From: Vicugna vicugna
Taxonomy: Eukaryota
Length of the DNA stretch: 64,000 nt
Assembly: GCA_013265495.1 (NCBI GenBank)
Contig: MU058781.1
Coordinates: forward strand, 7,098,522 to 7,162,521
Direction of reading: 5' to 3'
Of the stretch, positions 11,781 through 24,369 are shown piece by piece. The notes beneath the pieces are model-generated. The model searched no databases. It was not told the origin of the DNA and was given only the letters and a program-made list of their open reading frames with translations. Every line of letters starts with the position of its first letter. Within the stretch, counting starts at the first letter, position 1. A program made the translations under genes and the position numbers.

Positions 11781-12133
11781 AGAAATTTAAGAAACAAAAC
11801 AAAAACATGAAAAGTCCACAATGGCATGTAACTCAGTGCGGAACGGCGTGCTGCAGATGGTGAGGGAAAAGCCAACGGCCAGGTTAGTCAGAGGAGCCCT
11901 GACCTGCCTCAGGGTCTGTGAAAGCAGCTCCACGTTAGAAACTAGAGGAACGAGGAGGCAGCAGGGGTCTGTTTATTTGGGAAACTACTCAGTAACCTGC
12001 AACCCTTGGGGTTTATCTGACCTGCTTTGTGATGTTGATTAAACTCAGGCTTCAAGACAACCCATGCACCGGGTCATGCACTGAAGGCCTCCGGAAAGAA
12101 TTTAATTGAAGTTCTGTGACTTCTGGGTCTTGA

Positions 12134-12497
12134 TGTGTTCATTAGTTTGGGCTGCCATAACAAAATACCATACACTGGATGGTTCAAACAATAGAAAATG
12201 TATTTCTCATAGTTCTGTGAAGTCTAAGATCAAGGTCCTGGTGAAGTAAGTTTCAGGCTGAGACCTCTTCTCTTGGCTTATAGGCTACTGTCACCCACAT
12301 GACCTCTTTGAGAGAGTACTGACCTCTCTTCCTCTTCTTACAAGGACACTAATCCCATCATGGTAGCCCCGTCCTTAGTGCCCTCATCTAAACCTAGGTA
12401 TCTCCCGAATACCCCACCTCCAAATAATGTCACGTTGGGAGTTACAGCTTCAATATATAAATCTGACTGGGGGGACACCAACATTCAGTCCATAACA
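12134..12497 (-). mobile_element. MLT1A-like solo LTR (ERVL-MaLR)
   Basis: gggctgccataacaaaatacca...aaggacactaatcccatcatg...ccccacctccaaata...acattcagtccataaca; reverse complement of the 6067 LTR family. Confidence 0.88.
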
Positions 12498-15400
12498 GTT
12501 GGTGTGCTCAAATTCTGTGATGAAAGAGAAAGGGGAAAAGCACAGCAGAACTTCCACCTCCTCTGCCACCTTTGAGCTCTGTTACAGCAAGAACGCATCC
12601 TAAATCCTCCACTATCAGTGATGTGTTCACTTCTTTTAAGGCCATGCTGATTTCAATGTGTTTGTCATATCAGAAGTTGAAGCGTGTTGGGAGGCTGCCA
12701 TAGTACAGTCCACCAAATTATGTGTTGAGTATTAGGGCCCTGAATGCATGTGCTTGGGAAATGTAAGCTCTATTAGACAAATCATACAACTTATCCATCA
12801 GCTTCCATAATTAATCTAACATTTGAGCAGTAGAGAGGCCACGGGTCAGTTCCTTCCCAGCTGACTACCTATTCCTGACTTATAAGCAGTCAAAAGTTAT
12901 TAGTGCCTTTCTTCCCTTTGGTTCTTCCAATCAGTATTTCCAATGGCATCTTCCTCTTTGAGTCTTCTCTTCTGCCTCGTCTTCTTTGCTCAGAAAGACA
13001 TGTATAAAGAAGCCATGAGTTGTTTGTCTCCTTATTTTTCTGGCTCTGGGCCAGGGGTAGCCATGCCTGGCACATTCATTTAAGATAAGCAAGGGTGGGC
13101 TGTAATTAAATGATCATAAAGACAATTCCAAGGAAAGCAGAATGTTGGGGATTGGATGGGATGAGTACCCTTTCGAGCCAGTATCTGAAGAGGCCCCTGT
13201 TGTGCCGGGCAAGGCAATACCTGGGCTGTGAGGAAAGAAGCCTACAACCTCCATAATGACCCATAGTCACTGGGCTTCTGAGGCTTTCCTTCCAAGCAAA
13301 GCAGGCTCCTGGGGAAGGAGGGTGATCCTCATTTGCAACATTAATTTTTCTTAGCAGCATTCACTTTCTTCATATGCCTTGCCACGGTAGCCCAAGGAGG
13401 CACGACATAGGATGACCCAACCTAAGTCGCACCACCCAGGATATCACAGAGGCCACCTATGTGATTATACAGATTCATAGAAACTCGTGGATAGAGGAAC
13501 TGTAGGGATTGCTGGTCTAGTTCTTGATTTGGGGTAAAGAAAGCAAGGCCTGTTGGTACGGTGTCTTCGTCAGCAAACAAGCTGGCACCATTTCTAGGCT
13601 TCCTGACTTTCACTCAATTCACTGTTGTGTTCACTGTGCCTGACTTGGAAAGTTTATGCTTTTTATTTTTATTTTTATTTTTTTTTGGTGTTTGAGATAA
13701 GCTTCCTTTGAGGATTGCCTGGTATTTTAGCAAAATGCTGGAAAATTTCTAAGCTCGTGGTTTAATAGACAAGGTTGGCATTGATTTCACCTTTTTAGCA
13801 GAGCAAGTAGCAGATCTAGAGGTGATGATATAGTTTAGAAAATATGCTGGGATAAAATCTCTTAAGTCAACAAAACTAAGGCCATGTTTTATTCAGGGCT
13901 CTGAGTTTTGTTATTAATTCATTCTGGGGTCAGACTGAAACACTGCCCTTTTCTAGGCGGTTTTCACAGGCAGTTGTAGAAGAGATGCTCTATTTTGGGG
14001 CATTACGATATATGCTGGGTTGGGGTAGGGCTGGGGGAATGGTCGTGGTATCAGGGAGAAAGAAGACGGTGTAGCCAGAAAGGAAACACTTGTGTCAGGA
14101 AATGTATTTCTTTTCCAGCATGATTATGTTATTGAAATGGTCTTGTCCATTTCACCTCTTACGGCTTCTTCTACTATTAAGAAGAATAAAGATTAAAGGT
14201 ATACTTTATGACAGCTTGTATGTTCACAAAAGATCCCATATCAGGAAGCCAGGAGACCGAGAAGTATCAGCTGAGCCACTAAGAAGCCAAGAGCATTCAA
14301 AAAGTAATATCTACCCCTTGGGCCCCCACTTCTTTATGTCATGGAGAAGTGGATTAGATGACTTTTTCAGTTCTCTTGTAGCTCCCCAATTCTAGATCAT
14401 CCCTCATGGCAAGATATCCTGTTCCTGGAACATTCTGATGTGGTGTACTCTGCCAAACAGTGCAAAATATACTCATATGTACTGTCTGGAGTTGCCAGAT
14501 TTGCTAGTTAATACCCTGAAGGTCATGAATAGGAGGCTGCCTTCCTTCTTTTACCAAAACTGATTAGGAAGATTTTATAATTTGGGGAGAGATGGGCTGT
14601 CTGGAAGGCATCTTGGCTGAAAAATTCTGTCATACCCTGTCCGTAGGCTTGTTGGATAAGTACCCAGCTCAGGGTCTGGTATTACATAGCTTCCCTGGGA
14701 GCGTAGATCCCTTCCTGGTAAATATTTTTCAATGCTTGAGGAAAGATCTTAGATTGCCTTAAATGAAACTGGCCTTGGGACATTCTCTGATGGCTCAGTG
14801 CTCAACCACTTCACTTTTGGCCCAACAATTAGCCTTCTCTGGCTGCTTCTTAGAATTGCTTAATTCTCTCAGGCTATCTCCACATGCTTTTGAGCTGTCT
14901 CTTCTCGATGAACTCTCTAAAACTTTCCTGTCATGTCCCTTGTGGCTCTAACTATTCTTCCACATATCAGACAATAATTTCCTGCCTGTATAATACACAC
15001 ACACACAAATTACATATATAAATAAATATATATATAAGAAAGTGGTGAGGGAAGGGATCACAGTCTATAAACTCAGTCTGTGACAAATCAAAGAAAAACA
15101 GTAACTCCAAAGCTTCTGCCAAATGCTAAAGGTAATGAATCTTTTGCTTAGGAAAATACTGGATGGATTATTTTAGTTAAAAAAAAAAAGAAGATTGTGC
15201 CTTCTGGAATAATCTAGAGGAGAAGATGAGACCAAAGTACTAAATTGCTTTGTGTAATAAAATTGAGGGAATATGAGCTTGCTTGAATGGTAGCTTGGTA
15301 GAAAGATGGTGAGGACCCTGGGGCTATGAGGAGAAAAAGGATGCTAAAAAAAAATCTAGTTGGATGCAGTAACATAGAAAATTGTTGACTAAGGGAAAGA

Positions 15401-15929
15401 AACAGCCAGCAGGAATCCCCTGTAGCAGGACAGAGAAACTTTAAGGACTTAGTGATGCCTAATACCCAGTGATAAATTGTTCTTTAGGAATGGTAGTCTT
15501 CTGTTAAACCTAAGCTTTTAGTAAAGTTTGTTCTATGAAGTAGTGGTGATAGAGTTGCTGTGGGTGCTGAAAGGAGGGAGAAGGTTATAGCCAAATGAGG
15601 GGAGGGAATGAGGAAAGAGGTCAGCTTTAGCAGGAAGTAAGATGGTAAGTAGCACTGAGAAACCAGCAACAGTAGGAACTTGGAGTGATTTGAACCAAAA
15701 AAACATGCTTCTTGGATTCCTCAAAAAAATATCAGGGAGGTGATTGGATTTCTCACTATATTAGATGGTAGCTTGAGTCATTTTATTTGAGTATTAGTGA
15801 TGAGGGTGACCCTTGAATAGCTGGTAAATGGGGACATTTAGATTATAGAAATGGGACATGTACACACACAAAATGTGCAAAATGATCCAGCACTGGCTGA
15901 CATTGTGTACTCCCATGCCACCTAAGTTC

Positions 15930-16090
15930 GTGGTTGCATATTAACATCCTACATGGAGCTTTAAAAAATTACTTTGCCCTGTCCATCCCCAGATAGTCTA
16001 CTTCAAGTTCTCAGGGTTGTGAAACCCAGGTATTGATATTTTTGAAGAGATCCTCAGTTGATTCCTAATATGCAGGTAGGGTTAAAAATA
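15930..16090. mobile_element. MER5-like hAT MITE
   Basis: ggttgcatatta...ggagctttaaaaaat...ttttgaagagatcctcagttgattcctaatatgcag. Confidence 0.55.
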
Positions 16091-16299
16091 ATAGAATGGT
16101 TATTTTTAGATAGGTAGTATCCAAATAATTTTTGCTTATTTCCACTCCGATTTTAATTATAGAGGTAAAAAGTGATCTGCGGGGGTATTATCAGCAATAA
16201 TAATTCTTAAAATGGATTTATAAAACACGGAACATTTACACCCCAAACTGCATCGTATGTAATTGTACCATTACTAAACAATATCTGTTAGGTGCAGGA

Positions 16300-16490
16300 T
16301 GACATGGAGGTCATTAAGCCTGGATTCTGGTTTCGAGTCAAACCAGCACAACATATTTGGAGTTTAATTTCCTCATCTATCAACTAGGGCTACTAATAAC
16401 ATCTGCCTAATCTACCTCATGAGTTAGGAATGAAACAATACACTGATAGATGCAAAAGTTTTTGCTAAAGGTAGAACATTTTACAAAAGT
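16300..16490 (+). mobile_element. MIR SINE
   Basis: tttaatttcctcatctatcaactagggctactaataacatctgcc...tacctcatgagtt. Confidence 0.6.
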
Positions 16491-16559
16491 ATAGGGTATT
16501 GCTATTTTCCTTTGTAGTCTCATTAGGTCACGCACTTAAAGGACTGTGTGTCAATTTTC

Positions 16560-16970
16560 GATCAGTGGGAGGCGGAACCTTCGGAGGCGGAACCCGTGGA
16601 GGCGGAACCCGCGGAGGCGGAACCCGCGGGGCGAAGGCAGAACGGGCTGTTTCCTGTCATTTCACAGAAGGCATTTGTGCGTCCACGAATTTTGGTCTCC
16701 GCGAGTGTCCTAGAACCAGTCCCCAGAGGACACCGAGGGCTGACTGTGTACGTATTTATGTACATATATACGCAGAAATATATATAAATACACGTATACC
16801 CGTGTACACAGGTGTGTGGGTTGTATATCCAGTGTCCACTGGGCCTTTGGAAGCAAGGGTATCCCAGGGCAGCCCTCGGAGGTGCAGAAAGCAAGCACTA
16901 AAGCTCACTTGTCACCCCAGGGCGGCGGCGACCACGCCTCACCTTTGTGCTGACAAGGCTGCCTGATACG
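16560..16970. promoter_or_regulatory. Small CpG-rich promoter-like patch
   Basis: Densest CpG stretch seen in the window; repeated GC-box-like GGAGGCGG and ETS-core CGGAA; minus-strand donor aag|gtgagg near 16942. Confidence 0.4.
16568..16627 (+). repeat. Minisatellite, 4 x 15 bp GGAGGCGGAACCYKY
   Basis: Units ggaggcggaaccttc, ggaggcggaacccgt, ggaggcggaacccgc, ggaggcggaacccgc. Confidence 0.95.
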
Positions 16971-18147
16971 TTCTTAAGTCACTGAATAAGCTTCAGGCCT
17001 TGTTCCTCTTCCTGTCTTTGGATGCTTTGTGTGGAAGTCATCTCTAGGTATGGCATATGACGGGGGAGACTAGCGTGAGGAGTGGGGTGGCCTAGGGAGC
17101 CAGGGCCGCTTGTCCAGCTCTCAGATCAAAGTGTTTCACGTGGATGTGGAAGGGAGTTTTTAGAGGGCCACTAACAGGACTGCACCCTCAGAAATAGGTA
17201 GGCTGTGTCAGTAACTTTTCAGTTCTTATTTCTGCTTACTTCCTCTGTTTAAAACACTCAGGACCAAAAGGTGTTCAGGGGCTTCAGTTCTATTTTAGGG
17301 CAGAGAATCTCTTCCCAGGCCTTGAGCTCTCCCCAGTGGGGAAGGAGTAGCAGCTCTGACAAAGGGTTTACTGTATGGTGTCAGGAGAGGCTGGCCCAGG
17401 ACGGGACATGGCAGCTCTGATGCGGGCCAAAGAAGAAACACTGCTAGGAATGGACTAACTGGAGGAAAGGGTGTTTGTGGGTGTATGGTTAAATCATAGT
17501 AGGGGTTTCAGTGAAAACTCAAAAAGTATATGGTGGTTCCCCTTCTTTCACAACAGCCTAGAAAGCTCTTTTTACACAAGCCATCCTCAGGGAGGATTAA
17601 GGAATCTGGAATCAAGAACATGGTTTTACTGCCCCACTATTTTGCTTTCTGGAGATTTCTTTTCTCCCCTAACTCATGGTTTTTCAAGGTATCCACGGTC
17701 CAAGTTTGAATCTGGACGTGGAAATGGTACTTTGGGTCCTGTTAAGCTCAGGGTGGAATTTGTCTTAAGTATTTAAAGGATCAGGGAGCTGAGCTCGTAC
17801 TTCTATCTTCAGTCTTCTTCCCATACCCCAGTAATAGCGAGGGCACCAATGCTGGATGTAGATATGATTTGCCTTTGGGCTCCATGGGAAGTCTTGGGCC
17901 TGGAGGTTTAGATGTGGGGCATTAGAACATTTCCATGGCATTGTTATTCTGGTCTTCTTCCTGAGCAGTCCTAGGGCTGCTGAGAGCCAGGGGTCTGCAT
18001 TTGTGTCTGAATCCTGCTGTGACCTGTGACCTCATATAATTTCCTGCATCTCATTTTCCTCCTTTTTCCTGTTGAATGTAAACACTTTTTCCAACTATAA
18101 ATTAGTGTAAAGAATTATAGTTCTGGTACTTACATGGTGGCTATCTT

Positions 18148-19481
18148 TTTTTTCCAGTATTTTCCCTTTTTATTTTGTTGTTATTATTTTTTAAAATTGA
18201 AGAACAGTCAGTTACAATGTATCAGTTGCTGGTGCAAAGCACAATGTCCCAGTCATGCATATACATACATATATTCGTTTTCATTAAACATTATTACAAG
18301 ATATTGAATATGGTTCCCTGTGCTATACAGAAGAAACTTTAAAAAAAGATCTATTTATATATATAGTGGTTAACATTTGCAGATCTCAAACTCCCAAATT
18401 TATCCCTTCCCACTCCCTTTCCCCTGGTAACTGTAAGATTGTTTACTATGTCTGTAAGTCTATTTCTGTTTTGTAGATGAGTTCTTTAGTGTCCTTTCTT
18501 TTCTTTTTTTAGATTCCACACATGAGTGATATATGGCATTTTTCTTTCTCTTTCTGGCTTACTTCACTTAGAATGACAGTCTCTAGGTCCATCCATGTTG
18601 CTGCAAATGGCATTATTTTATTCTTTTTTATGACTGAGTAGTATTCCATTGTATAAATATACCCCAATTTCTTTATCCAGTCATCTGTTGATGGACATTT
18701 AAGTTGCTTCCATGTCTTGGTTATTGTAAACAGAGCTGCTATGAACATTGGGGTGCATGTACCTTTTCAACTTAGAGTTCTCTCCAGATATATGCCCAGG
18801 AGTGGGATTGCTGGATCATACAGTAAGTTTATTTTTAGTTTTTTGAGGAATCTCCATACTGTTTTCCATACTGGCTGCACCTACATTCCCATCCACAGTG
18901 TAGGAGGATTCCTTTTTCTCCACACCTGCTCCAGCATTTATTGTTTGTGGACTTAATGATGGCCATTCTGACTGGTGTGAGGTGATACCTCATTGTAGTT
19001 TTGATTTGCATTTCTCTGATAATTAGTGATACTGAGCATTTTTTCATGTGCCTATTGGCCATTTGTATATCTTCATTGGATAATTGCTTGTTTAGGTCTT
19101 CAGCCCATTTTTGGATTGGGTTGTTTGTTTTTTTGTTATTAAGTTGTATGAGCTGTTTGTATATTCTGGAAATGAAGCCTTTGTTAATCACATCATTTGC
19201 AAATATTTTCCTCCATTCTGTAGGTTGTCTTTTTGCTTTGCTTATGGTTTCCTTTGCTGTGCAAAAGCTCGTAAGTTTAATTAGGTCTCACTTGTTAATT
19301 TTTGCTTTCATTTCTATTGGCTGGATAGACTGCCCTAGGAGAACATTGCTAAAATTTATGTCAGAGAATATTTTGCCTATGTTTTCTTCTAGAAGGTTTA
19401 TTGTGTCTTATATTTAAGTTTTTAAGCTATTTTCAGTTTATTTTTGTGTATGGTTTGAGGGAGTGTTCTAACTTCATTGAT
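18148..19481 (-). mobile_element. 5'-truncated lineage-specific L1 (ORF2 C-terminus plus 3' UTR)
   Basis: ORF2 peptides MFIAALFTITKTWKQLKCPSTDDWIKK and [27 protein letters not shown]-rich tail; perfect 18-bp repeat ttacatggtggctatctt at 18130-18147 and 19482-19499. Confidence 0.95.
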
Positions 19482-19907
19482 TTACATGGTGGCTATCTTA
19501 ATTTCTATTGAGAATGTATATAAGAGAGGAAGGAGAATGTGACCATTGAGTTTATGGTCAGAAAGAAAGCTCTTTTAAACTTAAAAGTATGGTTGCTGAG
19601 AGGCACAGAGGAAAGGAAAGACAATAGGTGCATTTCAGATTGTGGTCAGTTGCATAGACTAGAGAGAAAAAGTTGGGGGCAGGGCAGAAGGAGAAAAAGC
19701 AGGCTGGGCCTTCTAGTAAAAGCTATTAGAGATGGTAACTTAAAATCTTTTTCTCCACAGTGCTTCATATTCTACCATTAGAGATTTATTCCTTTGGATG
19801 AAACACTGTCCTTTTATTACCATTCTCACTTAAAATATAAATATTTCTGGAAGGGGTAACATGTTAAGCCATTTACTCCTTTTTCTTTTCATTTCCCAAC
19901 GTGACAG

Positions 19908-19966
19908 GGACAGCCTTGGTAAAACTGATGGTGCAGGATTGTCTGTGGAGGAAAAGTTAAACCAGG
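19908..19966 (+). other. Candidate internal exon (59 nt)
   Basis: Long pyrimidine tract ...tttcccaacgtgacag| and cagg|gtatgg; open frame DSLGKTDGAGLSVEEKLNQ. Confidence 0.2.
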
Positions 19967-20717
19967 GTATGGATGAAGAAGACTTTGAGACTCTTTTCAC
20001 TTTTTTCACTATTTTGCTTTGGGCTCAGTTTCACTCGGAGTTTGCAGAGAGGACAGGGAATGAGTGTGCTGAGGCTTCTGCCTGAGACTGGAATTGAGTC
20101 AGGGGTGATACTTAAACCAGAGAGTGGGGAGAACAAATCCCTGGTGTCCAGAAACTGAATAACACTTCTGTTCCTTCACTGTATGCTACTGAGTATGTTG
20201 GCCAAGCTCAATGGAAATACTGCATTCCCGGGCAGAGCACCTCATACCTTCTGCAGAGAAACTGCTTTTCCCTCTACAGCCTGTGTTGTCACAGGACAAG
20301 CTCTGATCTCAGGGGGAAATGTGTGCTAATGGCAATTAATGAATAACCCGTCAGAGTTCACAAAAGCCTTTCAAATCCGTTATGGCATTTGGTTCTCACA
20401 CATTCCTCTCCGGGAGTGAGATGAGATTCTGGATCTAATTAGCATATGAGGAAATAAGAACTTTTGAGATGGTGGGAAAATCATGAAGTTGCTTTGAAGC
20501 CATGTGGCTGGCCCCTTGCAAGTAAATCAGAATGTCGACAATGATAATGGTAGGTGCTTCATTTGTTAGAGTATCGGTTTGTTTTTGTTTCTTTGGTGTC
20601 TGTCTGAGGAAAATGATATCTATGAGGGCAAATTTGAGGCACTGTATGTGAAATGCTGAGAGCTCCTTGATGCAAAGCCCAGGATGCTTGTTCAGTTGCT
20701 CCGATGCGATAGCTTTC

Positions 20718-20736
20718 TGGCGCCATCTAGTGCTCC
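20718..20736 (-). promoter_or_regulatory. CTCF core motif
   Basis: Minus strand ggagcactagatggcgcca, one mismatch to CCACTAGATGGCGC. Confidence 0.55.
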
Positions 20737-21456
20737 ACTGAAGTAATAGCAGATGGATGGCTCTTGGTCTAGAAAGGACGGTGGAGTAAACGGAGTAAGA
20801 AAAGACTTTTCTGGACTTAATGGATAATATCTAGAAAATAAAGCTGGAGAAATAGAGTTAGAAAACATATGTATGGGTGTGCAAAAGAGATATCTTGAAG
20901 TTAGCAACTGGCCTGTAAGTAGAGAAATTAGGAAAAACAACTTATGAGAGTTTGCAAAACGTCCCTGATTCCCAAGGAAGTGAATCTGTATCTGCTAGCT
21001 TCCATGTTAGCTGACAGTTAGGTACATTAAAAGGAAAATAGTATTTCGCATGTTTAATAACTTTTGAAAATCATTTGCAAAGTTGTTTTTTCACATAACA
21101 ACATGATACAGTGGTTTGGGAAAGCAATTTCAATTCAGGAATTTTCTTTAAAATAAAAATCTAACCCCCTCTCCCCAATTCCCTTTACAATTGCTGTTTT
21201 GATTCCTATACCAGTGGAGAACCTAGCTTGGGCTTTTCAGGGTGGCATCCCATCAAAATCCCATGGCAACAGAGCTTTTCACAAGTATCCAGCTGTCTTT
21301 CTGTCTCTCTGTGTGTCAAACAGACAGGCAGCTGTGAGTCATCAAATACACACTGGGGTCATTTGGGAGATAATCTTTATGAAAATAAAAAATGGGTTTG
21401 AGTGTTTATCGATTTTTTCGCTTCAGTGTGGAATGAGGAAGCTCTGTGAAGTAAAG

Positions 21457-21648
21457 CAGTGGATCCTTTAAGTGTGGTCCAGGACAGCACCATCCAAGTG
21501 ATGCACCTGGGAACTTGTCAGAAATGCTGTTCTCAGGCTCTGCCCCAGGCCTACTGAATCAGAAACTCTGGTTGTAATACTCAGTAATGTGTGTTTAAAT
21601 GAGTCCTCCAGGTGTTTGTGATCCATACTCAAGTTTAAGAATTTCCCA
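21457..21648. mobile_element. MER5A hAT MITE
   Basis: cagtgg...aagtgtggtcc...cacctgggaacttgtcagaaatgc...cctactgaatcagaaactctgg...ctccaggtg...aagtttaagaa. Confidence 0.85.
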
Positions 21649-21885
21649 GTAATGTGTGGGTGAGGTGGGGAGAAATAAGGAAGTGGTTTAGGGGGAGAAA
21701 CGAGTTCAGGCCAGCTCCTTCCAAAACACTGTCATCATTATATGGGTGAAAGGAGTTTGGAAGGAACATTAAGGATGATCTCCTTCATGGTTAGGAAATG
21801 AACCAGACACAAGCCGCGGGACAGTGGAAAGGGATGGGGAGAGTACTGCTGATTTTCTCTTGCGGTTGAAGCTTAAAGGGTTCAT

Positions 21886-22211
21886 CGGACCTGTAACCCC
21901 TTATCCAAAATTCTAACATCACAAAGCTCTAAAAACCAAGAATTTTACTGTAAGTTTGGCACCAAAATTCATTGGTAGCCAAACCTGTCTGGAATTCCTA
22001 TGAGGCTACTTATGATCATTATATTTACCCCACTTAGAGTGGATATTAGTGTTTTGCTTTGATAATATTAGTACATTTGATTATGGGATATGGCTCCAGG
22101 TCCTCCTGGAAGTCTTAGGAATTCACCGTATTTGCTTTCTAAATTCTGAAAATTCTCCATTCTGAAGCAAATCTCCATCAAAGATTTAAGAAAAGGGATT
22201 GTGGATCTGTA
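21886..22211. mobile_element. TcMar-Tigger-like MITE (MER46C-like)
   Basis: Degenerate TIRs ...ccccttatccaaaatt / aaagggattgtggatctgta ending at TA. Confidence 0.55.
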
Positions 22212-22709
22212 TAGGTTTAAGAGCCTCTGGGCATTTCTTGGAGCCAGCCCACTGAGCTAAGTCCTTTTTCTCCCTTCCTCTTCTCTTCTCTAATGACCCA
22301 GCTTTCTGCAGCGTAGGGGTCCTCTAAGCCAAGGAGTGATGGCTCCAAGCCAAGCCCCCGGGGATAGTTCTGCTGGGGAGGCAGTGGGTCTAAGAGCCAC
22401 TGCTGGAGTCAAAAGACCCACCTTTTTTTGTCCAGTGCTCCCCAGATTGGAAATTCCTTGAGTGTGAGGCCATTGCTTGCGTATCTTTGAGCCCCAGTTC
22501 CTTGCACAGAGCCTGATGTGCTAAATGAGTGGAAGAGGCTTTGTGATGAAAAGGTATAATTCAGGGAAATGGGAGCAGATCCAGCTGCTAGAACTGAGGG
22601 AGTTCTGCTTTGCCTTCCTCTTATCAGGCCACTCAGCTATCAGAGCGGAGACTAACGTAGTGAATGCAGAGGTTATTTCCCCCTCTTGTTTTTAATTAGC
22701 CAGACTCCA

Positions 22710-23005
22710 TATTTTATTAATCTCTCCACAGTGTCCTTTTGCTGTTCCTGCGTCTTATCTAGGCTACCACATTTACATTACACTTAGTCATCATGTCTCT
22801 TTAGGCTCCTCTTCCTGTGACAGATTTTCAGACTTTGCTCGTTTTTGATGCTCTTGACAGTTTTAAAGAGTAACTGGTCAGATACTTCACAGAATTCCGC
22901 TCTAGTGGAATTTGTTTCATGTTTTTCTTATGATTAGCCTGTGGTCATGGGTTTTGGGGAGGAAGACCAGAGAGGTGAAGTGCCCTTCTCATCACATCCA
23001 TGTCA
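22710..23005 (-). mobile_element. L1MC-like 3' end fragment
   Basis: ttagtcatcatgtctctttaggctcctct...ttgacagttttaaagagtaactggtcag...gggttttggggaggaagacca. Confidence 0.7.
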
Positions 23006-23299
23006 GCGACTATCATTCCTTTTGACAGGGCTCTCCTCGGCTGTGGCTGTTGACTGCTTGTTACCGCTTCATTCTCTTTATATGGGGATCCCAGGTAACT
23101 CTTCAGAGTTGTGCTCTTTGCCACAGAATTCAGAGTTGAGCTGTACTGACCTAAGCGAGTATTTCCAGTGAAAAAACCCAACCTGAAAAAGGGATTTCTT
23201 AATTCATGTTTTCTTTAGGGGGTGGGGACCCAGCTCTGGTTTATTAGAAAAGGTGTGAACAGAGTTGCACTGACTTACTTCATGTTTTTATAAAATACA

Positions 23300-23450
23300 A
23301 AATTCTAGTTTCAGGCATGGCAGGATCCAGAAACTCAATCACAGTCAGGAGTCTGTCTCTCATATATTGACTTTGTTTCTTTTAGGTTGGCTAGGTTGGC
23401 TTCAGTTTTAGGCTGGCTCTCTCCAAAATTTAGGAAAGATGATTGCTAAC
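23300..23450 (-). mobile_element. Old MLT1 LTR fragment
   Basis: tttcaggcatggcaggatccagaaactcaa...gttggcttcagttttaggctggctctc. Confidence 0.5.
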
Positions 23451-24369
23451 TTTTCATGTGGGTGTTTCTTTGAAAAAGAGAATTCTGTGTCTTCAGAACT
23501 GCGGTTGGCCTTGAGGCCAGACACATTGCCCTTCCCTCTCCCACATATATCTGGATAGGGGGGTTAGATAGAAATGATAGGACTCTCTGGATCCAAGAGG
23601 CTGTGACTTTGTTCCAGCCACCTTTAATGGATCTGCGCCTCTGTGTGCCGAGGGCCTGCAGACATGGGAAACACACTTTTCCCTTTCTGTAAGGTGTGTC
23701 ATTTTCCCTTGCTAGGTCTGGCATCTTGGAGAGCCAGAACTCTCTTCAAAGGCGAATTGATGTAGAGCCATTAAATTTGTGCTGTGTCTGCAGGCAACAG
23801 TTGGGTAGTGAAAGTATTAAAAAAAAAATAGCGGTGGTGTCCCCAAAGGGTGATATTATTCTAAGAAGTTAACGAAAATTCCTTATGCATCCCAGAGCTC
23901 TGGAGCGGCAATGCGCTGCTGCTTGCTTTTAGAGCCTGCCCGTCGCTGCTGTCAAGGTCGCACTGTCTCTGCCATCCCTCAGTGCCCATCAAAAAGGACT
24001 ACAGATAACAAAGACTGCAGCTGCTTGACTAACACCTCCTGTACCTTGGATTTTTTTTTTTGGCTACACTGCAAGAGGCTGCTTTGACTTTCTCTTGTGC
24101 CGCAGAATAATCTCCATTCCCTACTTATTAGGAGAAGGCAAGGATTTGTTGTAGATGATATCAAAGCTGAACTAAAAGTGTTATTAAAGCAAATTAATTA
24201 TTCTCTAAGCTCTCCTTCATTCCCTTTTCTCTCTAACATGGTTTCTTCTGAAATCTTTCTCTATAGCCTTGTCATCGTTCATGTGCAACTTTCTTCTTGG
24301 TATTCAGCTATCACTCAGCATTTGATACTTAACAGAGTTTATAAGATCTTTTAAATTAGTCTTTTCCTT

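Noticed and set aside
6067..12497. Two MLT1A-like LTRs as ends of one provirus
   Set aside because: Opposite orientation, the first has its own TSD, and no internal retroviral sequence lies between them.
16568..16627. Short direct repeats as a CRISPR array
   Set aside because: Head-to-tail units without spacers in mammalian DNA; no cas genes.
16499..16966. 155-aa ORF with GGGTR repeats and overlapping EAEP-repeat ORFs
   Set aside because: Openness is explained by the 15-bp GC-rich minisatellite; non-ATG start and no recognisable domain.
18509..19417. ORFs of 79-138 aa as genes
   Set aside because: Broken L1 ORF2 pieces and their antisense shadows.
24097..24354. Protein-like ORF after a pyrimidine tract (NNLHSLLIRRRQGFVVDDIKAELK)
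   Set aside because: No credible splice donor and no recognised homology.
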